Both the position numbers and the translations under genes were made by a program. The notes under the pieces were generated by a model. That model did not search any database. It was not told the DNA's origin and saw only the letters and a program-made list of their open reading frames with translations. DNA of 64,000 nt from Nitrospinaceae bacterium (GTDB lineage Bacteria > Nitrospinota > Nitrospinia > Nitrospinales > Nitrospinaceae): the NCBI GenBank assembly GCA_965223665.1, contig OZ245011.1:3392001-3456000 (forward strand). Direction: 5' to 3'. Below are positions 28,211-38,097 of the stretch, piece after piece. Numbering within the stretch: position 1 is the stretch's first letter; every line of letters starts with the position of its first letter.

Positions 28211-30718
28211 TCAAAGTAATTCTTTTAAACGATTTTCCCAATCAATTACTTTAAGCCGAGTTTCTGCAGCTTTTTGAATTACCTTCTCAGAATTTTTCAC
28301 TTCCACTAAAGATTTTAATTCAGTTTCTGCCTGTTTCTTTTGATTCATTTGCTCTAAATTTTCTACTATGAGGTAATCCCCCCAGGCCCTGAGTCGATGG
28401 TCGGGGAATAAGGTGCGACCTGCTTTTAAGGCATCTAAAGACTTTTCATATTTTTTTTGAATATGATAAACAATTCCCAATTTAAAATAGGCGTTAGGTA
28501 TATAATCCGGAGGATTTCGAATCTTGGAATTGAAAGAATCCAAGGTTCTTCTGTATTCTTTAGCAGCTTCCTTTAACTGTCTAGAGGAAAAATATGTTTC
28601 TGCTAAAAGGTAGTGAATTTCAGCTTTTTTGACATCTCCTCTTTTTAACAATTGATTATAAATATTTATTGCCTGGTTAAATTTATTTTGGCCTTTATAA
28701 GCCGCAGCCTGGATTTTCATTGCATCTGGTATTTGTGAGCTTGATTTGTATCTTGTGGTAAAGGTTTTAGCAACCAGGCTCGCTTCATTATAATTATTTT
28801 CTTCTAAATGAATCTTTCCCAAATTTAAAAAGAGACGGTCTGTAAAAGCATTGTTAAAGTCTTTGAGCTTTACTTTTTCAAAAAACTTTAATGCTTCAGC
28901 ATTCATCCCAACTCCCTTATAGCTTTCGCCAATTTGCAGAAGTGTTTTTATATTTTCCATCTTCCCTATATTTAGGGATACAAAATCACTGTATGCATAC
29001 AAAGTTGGTAGATAACCTTTTTGTTGAGAATATTGATCAATCAGATGGACCAAGGAGAGATAAATTAAATTCTTGGCAGATTGATAATACCGGGATGATG
29101 GATCTAAGGATAACAATTTTTTAAACTCATTAAAGGCTTGTAAAAATCGAAGCTCTTTTAAATATGCTTTTCCCCTGCTTAAAGTTACCTCAGCTAAGAC
29201 ATCCAGGGAGGAGGGATTATTTAACACATCTTCGTAAGTTTCGTAGGGATGGAAAAAGGGGCGTACCTGAAATATTATGTCCCTTACGGGCAGAGAGGGA
29301 TATTGAATACCCACATCAGCCAACCGAATCATCCCATACTGAGATTCCGCACTCCCCGGATTGGTATTTCGCGATTTATTAAAAGTTGAAAGCGCCCCTT
29401 GTCCATTTCCCTCGATAAGATAAGAATCTCCTATTCGGTTTAAACTGAAATGAGCATTTTCATTTTCCGGGTCTAAATTGATTAAATTAAAAAAATATTT
29501 TCTTGCTTTGGCAAATTGATTTTTTGAAAAGTAAATTTGTCCAATATAAAAATTTACTTCTGGGTTTTCGTTGAGTTCTTCTGGCCAACGAAATACGGCG
29601 TCTTCATATATTTTAAGGGCCTTGTCATAATAGTTGTTTTCATAATTCCATTTTGCAATTTCAAAAATGCCTTTACGTGCTTCTTGATTTTTGGGTGTTT
29701 TTTTCAATATTCTTTGAAATGCTGAATAAGCTGGATCATGCCTTCCTTCCCGAAGCATCATATTTGCAAGGCCAATTTCCCGGAAAAAATTATACGGACT
29801 CAACCGATCGCGTCGGATACCATTTAAATATAAAGTGTTAGCTTCTAAGACAAATTGCATTTCTTCATAAATGGAGGCGATTTTGAATAAAGCGTGGTCG
29901 TAAAAATGAGACTGGGGATAATTGCGGATTGCCAATTGATAAGCTTCGAGAGCTTCCTCAAAATGTGGGTTTTCTTCTGCCTTTGCCAAATTATATAAGG
30001 ACTCAGCGGTTAGGTAAGCAACATGTGAAAGGTAAGGGCTTTCAATAAACTTTGAAGTAAAGCTTTTAAACACTTCTAAGGCTTCCGCATATTGTTGGCT
30101 TTGAAATAGGTTTAAACCTTTTTCATATTCTTCCCAACCTCCTTTTAATTTATTTTCTGAATCGGAACTGGTAATTTCCTTTATTTTATTTTTAGGAATT
30201 CCAGGAATATAAGGCTTAATTTTATTACGAGCAGTTTTAAGTGGTTTATTTATGGATTTATCTGATCCTTGAATTAAGGGATTGGGGTTTCCTTTAAGGT
30301 CGACAACTATTTGGGAGGGATTTTGTTTTGAAAAGTGAATAAACCGGGTGTTACTTTCTTTAAAACGCAAGCTGATTTTTACTGAACTACCATTTTGACG
30401 TACATGTATTTGGAAAATATTATCATCTCTTAGAATTTGAGATCGAACATTTGGAGCTAACAATGCATTGGAAATTAGGATACCCAATTTTTTTTTCTGA
30501 AAATCGGGGGACATTTTATAAGATGCATCCTTATTTAATTCAATAATAATTCGCGTGTACTCTGGATGTCCTCCAAGCCTAATATTTTTGACAATTGTTG
30601 ATGGGTTCTTTTTAAAATCTTCCGCAGAGATATCCTCTGGAGAAAGACCATTTGTTAAAAAAAATAAAAAGATTAATAAAATATGTAATAAAGGCAAAAG
30701 ATTAACTTCCTTAAACAA
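28211..30718 (-). CDS. Periplasmic TPR protein with N-terminal AMIN-like domain
   Basis: Signal-like N-terminus, IRLGGHPEYTRIIIEL...QIVVDL, then many TPR repeats. Confidence 0.8.
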   Translation of the reverse strand: MFKEVNLLPLLHILLIFLFFLTNGLSPEDISAEDFKKNPSTIVKNIRLGGHPEYTRIIIELNKDASYKMSPDFQKKKLGILISNALLAPNVRSQILRDDNIFQIHVRQNGSSVKISLRFKESNTRFIHFSKQNPSQIVVDLKGNPNPLIQGSDKSINKPLKTARNKIKPYIPGIPKNKIKEITSSDSENKLKGGWEEYEKGLNLFQSQQYAEALEVFKSFTSKFIESPYLSHVAYLTAESLYNLAKAEENPHFEEALEAYQLAIRNYPQSHFYDHALFKIASIYEEMQFVLEANTLYLNGIRRDRLSPYNFFREIGLANMMLREGRHDPAYSAFQRILKKTPKNQEARKGIFEIAKWNYENNYYDKALKIYEDAVFRWPEELNENPEVNFYIGQIYFSKNQFAKARKYFFNLINLDPENENAHFSLNRIGDSYLIEGNGQGALSTFNKSRNTNPGSAESQYGMIRLADVGIQYPSLPVRDIIFQVRPFFHPYETYEDVLNNPSSLDVLAEVTLSRGKAYLKELRFLQAFNEFKKLLSLDPSSRYYQSAKNLIYLSLVHLIDQYSQQKGYLPTLYAYSDFVSLNIGKMENIKTLLQIGESYKGVGMNAEALKFFEKVKLKDFNNAFTDRLFLNLGKIHLEENNYNEASLVAKTFTTRYKSSSQIPDAMKIQAAAYKGQNKFNQAINIYNQLLKRGDVKKAEIHYLLAETYFSSRQLKEAAKEYRRTLDSFNSKIRNPPDYIPNAYFKLGIVYHIQKKYEKSLDALKAGRTLFPDHRLRAWGDYLIVENLEQMNQKKQAETELKSLVEVKNSEKVIQKAAETRLKVIDWENRLKELL

Positions 30719-30747
30719 TCAATCTGAATTGGAAACGATTTATTTTT

Positions 30748-30764
30748 AGCAATTTAGATGCCAA
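30748..30764 (-). promoter_or_regulatory. sigma54 promoter of the TPR-kinase-regulator operon
   Basis: Minus strand TTGGCATCTAAATTGCT, a near-perfect TGGCA-N7-TGC match. Confidence 0.8.
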
Positions 30765-30901
30765 GGGATGAAAACAAAATAAATAAATCCTCCCTATAGA
30801 AGTTTCGTCAGAAATTGACTGAAATATTAATATTTATAAGGACAAAAAAAAGTGAATCTGTTTATACTAATTTAATAGCCCCTTATTAAAGGGGAAGTTA
30901 G

Positions 30902-30937
30902 GGCAAAAAATTCACTTATGAATGTCAATTAATTGGC
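30902..30937. promoter_or_regulatory. Pair of putative FleQ-like upstream activator sites
   Basis: GGCAAAAAATTCAC (30902-30915) and GTCAATTAATTGGC (30924-30937); an extra GTCAGAAATTGAC lies at 30807-30819. Confidence 0.45.
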
Positions 30938-30987
30938 GGTTCTCTAGTGGAGATCCTCTGTATTTTTAATTAAATATTGAAAAGCCC

Positions 30988-32094
30988 ATGGGTGAAAATC
31001 AACAGATCATTCTGAATAAATTGCATGATGCAGAGCAAATTAAAACTCTGTTAAAACGGCAAAATGAATTGCTTGGGAAAACTTTACTAAGTTTGGACCA
31101 ATTTCTTTTCCTGCACAAAAGTATTAGTCGATTGAACTTTGAGGATATAAAGGAAATATTAGAGGAAAAACTCCCCTATATTCTGTCGATAAAATATTTT
31201 TCATTATTTCTTTTTGATAAAGTACAAAGAGTTTTGACTTTATCTTGTCATAACCACCCCAAATTCCCGGATGAATTGAGTTTAGACCTTCATGAATCCG
31301 GAATTATGCAAGATGCCTTGTCTCAGGGTCGATATATATTCGAGCCGGACTTTTCAAAATCAAAATATTTCAAAGGTAAATTAAACCCACTTTTCAAGAA
31401 TGATTTTTTAGTTTGTGTTCCTTTAATGATTGAAAACCAGATCATCGGAGTACTTAATATTAATGATAATGAGAAAGGTGCCTTTGGGGTTGGAGATTTA
31501 GACTATACCTTGAATATTGTTGAATTCATTTCTCTCTCAATCAGTAATGCTCTTCTATATGAAAAAACAGAAATGCTATCGGTCACCGACGGATTGACCC
31601 AATTGTATAACCATAGGCAGTTGCAAAATATTCTTAAAAGTGAATTCAATCGGAGTAAACGTTATCAATCGCCCTTATCTTTGATCATGATGGATGTGGA
31701 TCATTTTAAAACCGTAAACGACACTTATGGTCATCAAATGGGAGATGAGATATTGATTGCTTTAGCTTCAGTAATTTCCCGGGTTTGCCGTGCCAATGAC
31801 TCTGCTGCAAGATATGGAGGGGAGGAGTTTTTGCTAGTTCTTCCAGAAACTCCCATAGAGGGAGCTAAGCAATTTGCTGATCGTATTCGAAATGAGTTTG
31901 CTAAAAAGAAATTTAAATGTAAGGAAAAAACCTTTCAGGTAACGCTTAGTTGTGGGGTTGCTGAATTAGATGTTAAGCATATGAAATTTTCCACGGAGTT
32001 GATCCAATTAGCTGATCGAGCATTATATAGGGCTAAAGAGGAAGGTCGTAATCGCACTATTGTTGGAGATCTTAATGAGACCATTTCCGCTTGA
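30988..32094 (+). CDS. GAF-GGDEF diguanylate cyclase
   Basis: GAF domain, TDGLTQLYN, DVDHFK..ND.YGH, RAND I-site and RYGGEEF. Confidence 0.93.
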   Translation: MGENQQIILNKLHDAEQIKTLLKRQNELLGKTLLSLDQFLFLHKSISRLNFEDIKEILEEKLPYILSIKYFSLFLFDKVQRVLTLSCHNHPKFPDELSLDLHESGIMQDALSQGRYIFEPDFSKSKYFKGKLNPLFKNDFLVCVPLMIENQIIGVLNINDNEKGAFGVGDLDYTLNIVEFISLSISNALLYEKTEMLSVTDGLTQLYNHRQLQNILKSEFNRSKRYQSPLSLIMMDVDHFKTVNDTYGHQMGDEILIALASVISRVCRANDSAARYGGEEFLLVLPETPIEGAKQFADRIRNEFAKKKFKCKEKTFQVTLSCGVAELDVKHMKFSTELIQLADRALYRAKEEGRNRTIVGDLNETISA

Positions 32095-32935
32095 CCCTTT
32101 TAAAAATGTTGATCATCTTCCTACCCCATCAGACCAGATCGCTAAAGTTTTAGAGGAAATCCAAAATACCACCACATTGGAATTTAACGTGGTAAAAATG
32201 ATTCAGTATGATCCCTCTATTGCCAGTAGAATTTTAATGATTGCTAATGATCCTTTTTATGGGTTCCAATCTCAAGTGGATTCATTGCAACAAGCCGTAG
32301 CTCTTTTGGGACCGGGGATTATTAAAAGCATTATACTTACTACCCCAATATTTGATCCTTATTCAAAAAACGTATGTCTTATGGATCAGGATTTTTTAAA
32401 AATTTGGATTCATTCTGCGGTTACAGGGGTTTTAGCCTCGGGGTTATCGCGTTTTATTCGACCCCTACAATCTGATGTTTGTTTTACAGCAGGATTAATT
32501 CAGGATATAGGAAAGATAGCGTTAATTGATAAAAACCCTGAAGCTTTGATCCAAGCGGCCGATATCTGTAGGTCAAAAAAAATATTTCTTGATGATGCGG
32601 TCAGGGAAATTTTGGGTTGTTCTATTGGCGAAATAGCAGCACAATTAGGAAGATCTTGGAATTTTCCACCCCGGTTAATTGAAATTCTTCAAAGAAATTA
32701 CCTTTTACCTATGGAAGGAAAAACTGATAAATACAGTGCGGTAGTTTTATTGGCCAAAGACCTTGCTTTTCAATGGGGGTATTCTGATGGGTTAGAACAG
32801 GTTTGCCTGAAAAATACCAAGTGTCTTTTAGATATTTTAGAAGTAACCGAACAAGAATTTCGTGCTAGAGAATTAAAATTAAAACAATTGGCTTTGGAAG
32901 TATCAGACGCCGTAATTGACCCAATCAAACATTAA
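32075..32935 (+). CDS. HDOD domain protein
   Basis: LPT, DPSIASRIL..AN..FYG, AVALLG, WIHS, AGLIQDIGK and WNFP motifs. ATG at 32075 with GGAG RBS. Confidence 0.88.
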   Translation: MRPFPLDPFKNVDHLPTPSDQIAKVLEEIQNTTTLEFNVVKMIQYDPSIASRILMIANDPFYGFQSQVDSLQQAVALLGPGIIKSIILTTPIFDPYSKNVCLMDQDFLKIWIHSAVTGVLASGLSRFIRPLQSDVCFTAGLIQDIGKIALIDKNPEALIQAADICRSKKIFLDDAVREILGCSIGEIAAQLGRSWNFPPRLIEILQRNYLLPMEGKTDKYSAVVLLAKDLAFQWGYSDGLEQVCLKNTKCLLDILEVTEQEFRARELKLKQLALEVSDAVIDPIKH

Positions 32936-32965
32936 TAAGGCTTTTCTTGGTTTGTTTCAAAATTA

Positions 32966-34909
32966 TTAGCACTGGTTTGCCAATTCCTTTATTTTTGGTG
33001 AAATATGAACGGGATAAACTTTTTGTGATTTTAAAGAGCGTAAATCATCAGGCAATTGATTAATTTGTTCCTTCGTATAAAATCGAATTTTGTCTAGTGA
33101 AAGCGGGGGACTCAATCTCTTGCCAAAACGTAGATATGGTTTTAGTAGAGGTGTTTCATTAAGGACCTCACTTTCTAAAACTAATCGGTCTTCTTTTATC
33201 TTTCCCTCCTGGTCTAGTAAACGGATTATTTGCTTTCTTCCGGGAAGTGTAGATTTGCTTTGAGAAAGTTTTCTCCTGGGCCTTCCTTTGTACTCTTGTA
33301 ATTTATAGGCGCATTCTAACGAGGGGCAGTCAGAGGAAACAACAAGTTGCGTTCCAATCCCAAACCCATCGATAGCGGCTCCTTTTGAAATTAATTTTTC
33401 TATTTCGTATTCATCCAGATTCCCACTTACAAATATCTTTACTTCATGTAACCCCGCCTTATCAAAAATAGATCTTACCCTATTTGAAAGGTTTGCTAAA
33501 TCGCCGCTATCAATTCGCACGCCTTTTATGAAGACGTTTTTCTTTTTAAATTCATTGTATAGAAGAACAACTTTATTCGCAGCTTCTTCAGTATTATAAG
33601 TATCTAGCAGTAGGATTGCATTTTTCGGCCAAGAGTTTGTAAAGTTTCGAAAAGCCTGGTATTCGTTATCTTGAGAAAGAATATAAGAATGAGCCATAGT
33701 TCCAAAAATTGGAATTCCAAATTCCATATTTGCTGCAACAGTGGATGTTCCTGAAAAGCCTGCCAGATAACTTGCGCGGGATGCAAGTAATCCAGCTTCA
33801 AGAGAATGGGCACGACGTAATCCAAAATCAATTAAAGACTTTTCGGGGGCACTTAAAACCATTCTTGTGGCTTTGGTGGCAATTAAAGTTTGATATTGTA
33901 GGATATTAATAATGTGGGTTTCTATAAGCTGAGCTTCTTGAATAGGTGCGGTTATTCTTATTAAAGGTTCATTAGGAAAACAAATGGTCCCTTCAGGTAA
34001 CGCATCCACATGTCCTGAAAAACGAAAAGATCTTAAAGATTGAACAAATTCTTCAGGAAATAACCTGGTTTGTTTTAACCAGAAAATATCCTGATCTGTA
34101 AAATGTAAATTTTCCAGATATTCCAATACTTGTTCCAAACCAGCGGCAACTAAAAAGTTCCTTTTAGCAGGAAGATTTCGAATGAAAAATTCGAACACTG
34201 CTTCATCAGTCATGGCTTCATCGTGATAAGCTTTTAACATTGTTATTTGATAAAGATCTGTTAAAAGAGGTGAGGTAGGGCGAGATAAGGGTTTTAGTAA
34301 ATGGGATGCGATGCAGTTTGCGCCTAAACTTTCCATTTTTGAAAGAGCCTTTTGACCATCGTCGGGATTAACATTGACGGCCTGTATTGCGTCTTTAAGA
34401 ATTACAACAGAAAAATTGTTTAGTATGGCGTCTTCAACAGTTTTTGAAACACAGTAATCCGTGGCAATTCCACCAACAAAGACTCGTTTGATACTTTTCT
34501 CGTTTAGGTTCCTTTTAAGTGAGGTATTTTGAAAAGCAGAATAAGCGTCTTCATCCTTTGTTTGGGCTTTTGAAATTACTATTGTGTTCTCGGGAAGATT
34601 TAACCCAGGAGCCAACTGTGAACCTTCTGTATTTGCAATGCAATGAGCTGGCCATGGCCCTCCCTGCTCCTTAAAGGAACAATGATTTTTGGGATGCCAA
34701 TCCCGACTTACATAAATAGGTAAGTTCAGTTGACAAAAAATGCTAATTAATTTATTTAATGGGGGGATTACTTTGTCCCCATCATTGACCGCTAAAGAGC
34801 CACCCGGAAGAAAGTCGTTTTGTACATCTACAATTAATAGAGCATCTCCATTCGATGGAAAAAACTTATTTGCAAAATTTTGGTCGAGAGCCATAAGCTT
34901 TTTTATCAT
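32966..34909 (-). CDS. pncA-pncB: Fused nicotinamidase (PncA) - nicotinate phosphoribosyltransferase (PncB)
   Basis: N-terminal VDVQNDF..GGSL, DWHP, WPAHC, ATDYCV; C-terminal LLTDLYQ, DFGLRRAH, GTMAHS, LLDTY, RIDSGDL. Confidence 0.92.
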   Translation of the reverse strand: MIKKLMALDQNFANKFFPSNGDALLIVDVQNDFLPGGSLAVNDGDKVIPPLNKLISIFCQLNLPIYVSRDWHPKNHCSFKEQGGPWPAHCIANTEGSQLAPGLNLPENTIVISKAQTKDEDAYSAFQNTSLKRNLNEKSIKRVFVGGIATDYCVSKTVEDAILNNFSVVILKDAIQAVNVNPDDGQKALSKMESLGANCIASHLLKPLSRPTSPLLTDLYQITMLKAYHDEAMTDEAVFEFFIRNLPAKRNFLVAAGLEQVLEYLENLHFTDQDIFWLKQTRLFPEEFVQSLRSFRFSGHVDALPEGTICFPNEPLIRITAPIQEAQLIETHIINILQYQTLIATKATRMVLSAPEKSLIDFGLRRAHSLEAGLLASRASYLAGFSGTSTVAANMEFGIPIFGTMAHSYILSQDNEYQAFRNFTNSWPKNAILLLDTYNTEEAANKVVLLYNEFKKKNVFIKGVRIDSGDLANLSNRVRSIFDKAGLHEVKIFVSGNLDEYEIEKLISKGAAIDGFGIGTQLVVSSDCPSLECAYKLQEYKGRPRRKLSQSKSTLPGRKQIIRLLDQEGKIKEDRLVLESEVLNETPLLKPYLRFGKRLSPPLSLDKIRFYTKEQINQLPDDLRSLKSQKVYPVHISPKIKELANQC

Positions 34910-34944
34910 AAAATCCCTTTGCCCTGTTATAGAAAAAGAGAATT

Positions 34945-35913
34945 TTATTCTGGACCCATAAATTTAATAAATTGTTCTAACATTGATTTATCAAAATCAT
35001 CTGCCATTTGTTTTCTCATTAAGGTAAGTGTATCGTAGGGATCCATCGCTTTTTTGTAGGGCCGTCTCGTCGTAAGCGCGTCATAAACATCCATAACTCT
35101 GCATATGCGTGCAAAAGGAGAAATTTCATTTTCTTTGAGACCTTGCGGGTAGCCTGTACCATTATAGTTTTCATGATGTTGCGCAACCATATCGATTATG
35201 GAATGACCAAAACATTTCATTCCTGATAAAATTTCTTTTCCAATTGGAGCATGTTTTTTGATGGTTAAAAATTCGTTCGGGGTCAGTCTTCCTTTTTTGT
35301 TTAACAAGTCTCCTGAAATTTTAGATTTTCCCACATCATGTAGCAAGCCACCTAATCCCAATTGCTTGATTTCATCAGGTTTCATGTTGGTTTTAACGCC
35401 ATAAGTCATGCAATATAATCCGACATTTACGCTGTGGGTATAGGTATAGTAGTCCTTGTTTGTTATTTTTGAAATACCATAGAATCCTACATCGCTGTCT
35501 TTAAAACAATCCTCCATCATTTCCATGACTTCTCGGGAACAAATAAGAACTTTGTTGGATGCATTATTCTCGAAGAACTCTTTCATAATGTTTTTAGAAA
35601 CATCGTAAACCTTTTTAGCTTTAATTTCGAAGGGAAGATTTGGATTAGAAACAATTTTTCTTAAAGTCTTCGTAGCATGGCTGTAATATTTGAATAAATC
35701 TTCCTCCAGGATATAAAAATCAATTGTATCCTCTTCAGATTCTAATAAACGGTATACTTTTTCCTGATGTTCCTTTTTAGAGGAAGCATATTTAACAAAT
35801 TTAGCTTTTCCAAAAACTTTTGTTTTGTAAAAGATATCAAAATGTTCTGTTCCGTTGTGATCTAAAAACTTTAAATCAATTCGTCTATAATTTTTCTGTA
35901 AAGTAAGAGTCAT
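34945..35913 (-). CDS. HD-GYP domain c-di-GMP phosphodiesterase
   Basis: YTYTHSVNV, LLHDVGK, QHHENYNGTGYP and DVYDALTTRRPYK motifs. Confidence 0.92.
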   Translation of the reverse strand: MTLTLQKNYRRIDLKFLDHNGTEHFDIFYKTKVFGKAKFVKYASSKKEHQEKVYRLLESEEDTIDFYILEEDLFKYYSHATKTLRKIVSNPNLPFEIKAKKVYDVSKNIMKEFFENNASNKVLICSREVMEMMEDCFKDSDVGFYGISKITNKDYYTYTHSVNVGLYCMTYGVKTNMKPDEIKQLGLGGLLHDVGKSKISGDLLNKKGRLTPNEFLTIKKHAPIGKEILSGMKCFGHSIIDMVAQHHENYNGTGYPQGLKENEISPFARICRVMDVYDALTTRRPYKKAMDPYDTLTLMRKQMADDFDKSMLEQFIKFMGPE

Positions 35914-36109
35914 GAAAGAGCAATTTGAATGAACAGATTTTAAAAGAAGATTTTTGTAGTCTTAGTGAAGATTAATCTAAGACAAAATGTTCAATGGTCA
36001 ACACAATTGAATAAGGTGTCTTAAATTAGTTTAAGAGATTGTGTTACAGAGGGAAAGTTAATATATTCTAAGTAAACGAAAATCAATAAGTTATGAGCAA
36101 ATTTTTGTT

Positions 36110-37963
36110 TTATGGAAATGCTGATTGTGAATAAATTAAAAAGTGGGTAATGGAACGGGACCCACCTATTAAATCTACCATAGATAGGCTTTCTCCAGGT
36201 TCGTGCATTTGGCAGTGCGTGTCGTAAACTCCTATACAAAGAGGAGGTATGGGGCCAAGAGCATCCGTAAGTTTCTTTATAAAGGGAATGGTTCCTCCAC
36301 ATCCGTAAAGGCAGGGTTTTTCATTAAACCCCTTCTCCAAGGATTCCCACATTAACTTAAAGGCCGGTTGCGAAATTGATGTCAACCAAGGTTTGGCTGA
36401 CTTATCAGGTTCTATTGATAGTTTAAAACCCTGAGGTGTTTTTTCTTTTAAATGATTTATTAATTTAATTAATACTTCTTCATCATCGCTCCCAGGAGCT
36501 AAACGGATTTCCACGATGCAACTGGCAGTCGACTTTTCAAAAGGTACAGGTTTGCTTATGGAATGGGTCGATAATTGTTGGGTAGAAAAAAGTGAAAGGG
36601 TTTCATTTTCCGTAACCAAATTATCTATATCAGGTACCAATAAGATTCCCTCAGTAGATATTAATTTATCTATTATTTTAGCCAGTTGAATTTCTGGGAT
36701 AGGAAATGGTCCTCCATTTACTCCTGAATGCGGATCTTTGATTGAGGATTGAAGGATTAAATCTAGGGTGTAGTGATTGGGTTCATTAGTTTCAACTGAG
36801 TTCAAATCAATCTTAAGATGAAATCGGTTTAATTTCTCAATTTGATTGAAAAGGAGTTGGTGAAATTTATTTCTATTTATGGTGGGAGAAAGATTAAATA
36901 TAAAGCGCACTCCTGCTGCTCCTAATATAACTGAACCTGTAACTCTTTGTCCAGGGCGGACATTTACAAAAGACTTTCGAAACTGGGATTCAATAATAGA
37001 AACTTTTTCATTGGCAACTGTGGGTAATACTTGATTAAGAAGGCCCGCTTGACTGCGTAGAGTTTCAATTGAAATAGGAATTAAAGCAAGCCATTCTTTT
37101 TCTTCTGAAGTAACGGGAGTATCTAGAATCCCCTCAATAGCAATAACTTGGTTGCCATCAATTAAAGTGGCCAGAGCTTTATACAATGCGGTTTGTTCAT
37201 CTATACGATTGTATGATGAAACACTTTGCATTTGGACCTGCGTCTGAACTAATCCACGAAGAGATGTAGTCAGACCAGGTTTTCCAGTTTCGGGGTTTGT
37301 TACATCAGTAATAATGACGCAATCTATAGAAGAAAAAAAATCTAGATTTTGATGTATTTGCTCCATCAACGAATTTGATCCAGATTCTTCCTCAGTCTCA
37401 AAAATAATTTTTATATTGCAAGGTAGTTGTTGAATTCGATTTTGCAGGTCATCGTTTTCCTTAGATTCAAGTGATTTTAATAGAGCATCCACTGCCATCC
37501 CGGTTGCAATTACCCCGCTTAAATCATCTGCCGCTCCGCGCCCGTAAGCACGGGTCTTATTTTTATTCCAAGTTAATTGAGTGGGTGGGATTCCTCCCCA
37601 TTTTTGAAAGGTGTCATCGTCCATATAAGGTTGTTTGTCCAAATGCGCATATAATAAAACAGTGGGTTTATCTTTCCCTGAATGCATTTCTGCCATTAAT
37701 ATAGGCGTGGCATTTTCTAAGTGAGGAGAAGGAGAATTAATTTTTATGGTTTGAAATCCAATTTCTTTAAGGTAGGTGGAGGCTAATTCTAAAATTTCTT
37801 TCATATCTGAAGGAGAGGTTCGATCCCCCGGGTATTCATTAACTCCAAAACTTCGGCTGTCAATGGCAACAAATTTTTCCATATATTCCATATGCCGATT
37901 CATAAAAGGAGTATTAAAATCGATAAGTTTAAAAACCTCACTTATCCAGCTTTTTGGTTCCAT
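36110..37963 (-). CDS. M20 family metallopeptidase (DapE/ArgE/CNDP-like) with enlarged dimerisation domain
   Basis: YAHLDKQP, YGRGAADD, ETEEESGS, GGTIPF and MHEPGES metal ligands. ATG at 37963 preferred. Confidence 0.85.
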   Translation of the reverse strand: MEPKSWISEVFKLIDFNTPFMNRHMEYMEKFVAIDSRSFGVNEYPGDRTSPSDMKEILELASTYLKEIGFQTIKINSPSPHLENATPILMAEMHSGKDKPTVLLYAHLDKQPYMDDDTFQKWGGIPPTQLTWNKNKTRAYGRGAADDLSGVIATGMAVDALLKSLESKENDDLQNRIQQLPCNIKIIFETEEESGSNSLMEQIHQNLDFFSSIDCVIITDVTNPETGKPGLTTSLRGLVQTQVQMQSVSSYNRIDEQTALYKALATLIDGNQVIAIEGILDTPVTSEEKEWLALIPISIETLRSQAGLLNQVLPTVANEKVSIIESQFRKSFVNVRPGQRVTGSVILGAAGVRFIFNLSPTINRNKFHQLLFNQIEKLNRFHLKIDLNSVETNEPNHYTLDLILQSSIKDPHSGVNGGPFPIPEIQLAKIIDKLISTEGILLVPDIDNLVTENETLSLFSTQQLSTHSISKPVPFEKSTASCIVEIRLAPGSDDEEVLIKLINHLKEKTPQGFKLSIEPDKSAKPWLTSISQPAFKLMWESLEKGFNEKPCLYGCGGTIPFIKKLTDALGPIPPLCIGVYDTHCQMHEPGESLSMVDLIGGSRSITHFLIYSQSAFP

Positions 37964-38097
37964 TTTAAGATTCCTGTGTTTAATTTTAACTTTTAGGTAG
38001 AAAACTTTACTTGTAGGATTCAATCCTATAATATGATCTTACGCAATATACTTTCCATAATATTTTTAATTTTAAAATTTTTTTGTTCTAATTCAAA

